Shown one piece after another: positions 7,711 to 10,255 of a stretch of DNA of 10,255 nt; position 1 is the first letter of the stretch; each line of letters opens with the position of its first letter. Made by a program: the position numbers and the translations under genes. The notes under the pieces were generated by a model. The model ran no database searches. It was not told where the DNA came from and saw only the letters and a list, made by a program, of their open reading frames with translations. This DNA is from Octopus sinensis (Eukaryota), in assembly GCF_006345805.1 (NCBI RefSeq), contig NW_021827458.1:1-10255 (forward strand). Reading direction: 5' to 3'.

Positions 7711-8875
7711 AAACATACATACATATGTGCGTGTGCATGTGTATTAAAATAGGTACATTTCTGCTTTTGAAACTATATACAACAGTTGATACTTATTTTA
7801 CTGCACATCAAATTGATGCATTTAATTTCATTATTTCTTCTGTTTTCATAGCTCTATTCATGCTTTCACTTCAACGATACTGGATGAACACACATATTCA
7901 TACAGTATCGTTGATTTTTTTTTACATAAAATATATATTTTCCACTATTTTATCTTTATATGAAAGTTCTTCGTTCTGTCATAGTTTTGATTTGTTACCT
8001 GAGAAACAAATTTAACTTTTCTTTGTAACTATGTATATTTTTGTCTGTATGCTTCATATATATATATATGTGATGTGTGTGTGTGCACGTGTATGTATGT
8101 ATTTACATACACGCATACACACATGTGTACACACAAACATGCACACACACAATCACACACATACACATACACACACATGCACGCACGTGAGTCTTGTAAT
8201 TATTTTATCAATCAGTACGGTTATTGTTAATTTCCCTCAGATAAGTAGTTATTATCATACCTTTGGCACTGATCAAATCGTATCATTTTATTGCTGCCAG
8301 CTACAATCTTCTGAACTAGAATTTTCTATATTAAAGCTGCCCGACCCCATACGACAAGGATCATGTAATTATGTGTTTTCTTTGTCTAATTTATCAATCA
8401 GCCGCTATATATATTTCAATCACCATGCCGTCCCTTAGTCGTATTCTCTGCTGCCCACCGTGTCCATGTCAGCGCTTGTGAATGCATCGAAGATAGCAAT
8501 GAAGTCTGCCGTAGAATGTATTATGCCCACTGTCAATGGCCACATTTACTATCGTTTATGATTACCATATTTAGAATAGTTATGCTAATTTGGTATAATT
8601 TACTAACTTACGCTTGGCATGAGAATAAGATTTCTATAATGTACTCTACTATTTAGCAACATGTTTAGTATAACCGTACACATACATTTAAAATCCGACC
8701 CACCCTGGACGCTCTTATGCCTATGCCTCCAACCGAACAAGATTCTTCTCCTTACCCTCTGCAACCACTTTGCTAACACATCTTTCCCACGTATGTGCTG
8801 CCGCTAATTCTGTGACATGTCATTGCAATCTCTGCTGCATCCATTCTCTCATAGACTAAATACGAAGGAATAAGT

Positions 8876-8876
8876 A

Positions 8877-8907
<31 letters not shown>

Positions 8908-8946
8908 CTCTTTCTTTCTTTTTCTTTCTTTCTCTCCGTCTCTCTT
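8876..8946. repeat. (CT)n / pyrimidine-rich tract
   Basis: Direct reading. Confidence 0.9.
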
Positions 8947-9249
8947 TCCAAAGAAAAAATACATTGGCAGAAACGTCAGAACCTCTTATCCCAATTACGA
9001 TACAAGCAGAAGAGACTCCATTTTCAACGTTGCAGACTAATAGCCTACATAAATCTTGCAATTTTTTATCTTTTGCTAAATGTGTGAGTGTGTGTATGTG
9101 TGTATGTGTGCGCGCGCGTACGTGTGTGTGTGCGCATAAGTGTGTGGTGGCGTCGACAAGTACGGCTTCTCTTATGCATTCTAAGCATGGAGAAGCTTTT
9201 CCCTCTCCAAATGTGAACACACTCAATTTTAGGTGAGAATAGGAGATTG

Positions 9250-9286
<37 letters not shown>

Positions 9287-9760
9287 GTTTTGTCTTGGTA
9301 TAAAAGATGGCCTACAGCAAATATTCTGCTCAATACCACAGATTTGTTTGTCAGTTGTTTGACCTTAACCAGTTGACCATGTCCCTTAGTGGCTGACGAT
9401 ATGTGCATTTCAGACCATGAGCAGAAGTAGTGGGGGAACATCATAGCTGTGTGTTGAAAGGAATTCTTAGAGGTTTGGATAATTCACCTTTGGAAACATG
9501 GTTGGTTCGTTCAACAGCCTTAAGCAATCTTTATTCATGACTTTTTGAGTGGGAGGGGTTACTCGACAGAAGAAAATTCTAACTGGGCCCCAACTGCAAG
9601 GTCATGTGCTATGTATCTTGATAGGAGATCACCATGTCGCTCACATATGGTTGTGATGCATGTGTCTGGTGTACCCTTATCACAGGTAGACATGATGGGT
9701 ATACTGGTCTTCGTATATTTTACCCCAGTGTCACTTTGATGGCATGCACTGCTCTCTCAC
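9287..9760 (+). mobile_element. ~475-bp non-coding interspersed-repeat-like element bracketed by (AAT)n arrays
   Basis: A complex, GC-richer island with sharp edges between (TAA)12 at 9251-9286 and (AAT)n from 9761, ending CTCTCTCAC-TAATA. It resembles a high-copy octopus repeat from memory. Class and strand are inferred. Confidence 0.5.
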
Positions 9761-9784
9761 TAATATAATAATAATAATAAAATA

Positions 9785-9831
<47 letters not shown>

Positions 9832-9836
9832 TAATG

Positions 9837-9874
<38 letters not shown>

Positions 9875-9919
9875 TATTATAATATTATTATTATTATGAT
9901 TATTATTATTATTATTATT

Positions 9920-9964
<45 letters not shown>

Positions 9965-9992
9965 ATTATTATTATTTTATTATTATTATTAT
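9761..9992. repeat. (AAT)n (9761-9873) abutting (ATT/ATC)n (9874-9992): inverted trinucleotide microsatellite
   Basis: Direct reading; the strand switch is centred on AATT at 9872-9875. Confidence 0.92.
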
Positions 9993-10029
9993 AAAGACAA
10001 CAACACACCAACATAATATAATAAACAAT

Positions 10030-10170
10030 CATAATAATTCTTCCAAGTTTTGGTACAAGGCCAGCATAGGGTAAGTCGATTACCTCGCCCACAAGTGCTC
10101 AACCTAGGTGAAATTTGACATCAAAACGTAAAGATAGACGAAATGCCACTAAATAGCATGCCCGGCGCAG
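10030..10170 (-). mobile_element. Very diverged, internally deleted copy of a second SINE-like family with (ATT)n tail
   Basis: The minus strand reads GCGCCGGGCATGC...GGCATTTCGTCTATCTTTACGTTTTGATGTCAAATTTC (degenerate B-box) ...GTAATCGACT...GGCCTTGTACC...GGAAGAATTATTAT. Family recognition is from memory only. Confidence 0.4.
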
Positions 10171-10255
10171 TACCTATGCATGCGTGTGCGTATATAAGTG
10201 TACATATATAACTTATATATCTCATATCTTTTCTCTTTTCAAGGAAAATATTTCT

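Noticed and set aside
8190-8560. Complex segment with an ~80-codon open stretch (+) and short minus-strand peptides such as MVIEIYIAAD
   Set aside because: No recognisable family motif or convincing splice signals, and the other frames are frequently interrupted.
8970-8977. GAAACGTC, the typical 3' half of a Penelope-type hammerhead
   Set aside because: No CTGANGA core or helix II upstream.
1-10255. CRISPR array, rRNA or prokaryotic operon
   Set aside because: There are no regularly spaced direct repeats with unique spacers and no gene-dense structure; the DNA is eukaryotic repeat-rich sequence.

Overview
AT-rich, microsatellite-dense, non-genic eukaryotic DNA with no host gene that I can support. 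The repeats resemble high-copy families I recall from Octopus genomes; that assignment is from memory and not verified by a search. The window contains: (i) a young, 5'-truncated CR1/L2-group LINE on the minus strand (RT C-terminal half, one frameshift, intact 3' end); (ii) a decayed R4/Dong-like LINE 3' fragment (CCHC knuckle plus restriction-like endonuclease); (iii) several pieces of a tRNA-derived SINE whose 3' tail matches the CR1-like LINE 3' end, with a covarying stem-loop; (iv) a hAT/Charlie-type MITE; (v) an almost perfect ~230-bp palindrome; (vi) an (AAT)n-bracketed ~475-bp element; and (vii) three hammerhead-ribozyme-like motifs. Two of those motifs form a back-to-back pair at 1741-1847, one with an intact CUGAUGA/GAAA core. 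The third is a decayed copy inside a small element with a Pol III A/B-box head at 3413-3650. The hammerhead motifs and the SINE-LINE tail covariation are the most interesting signals.
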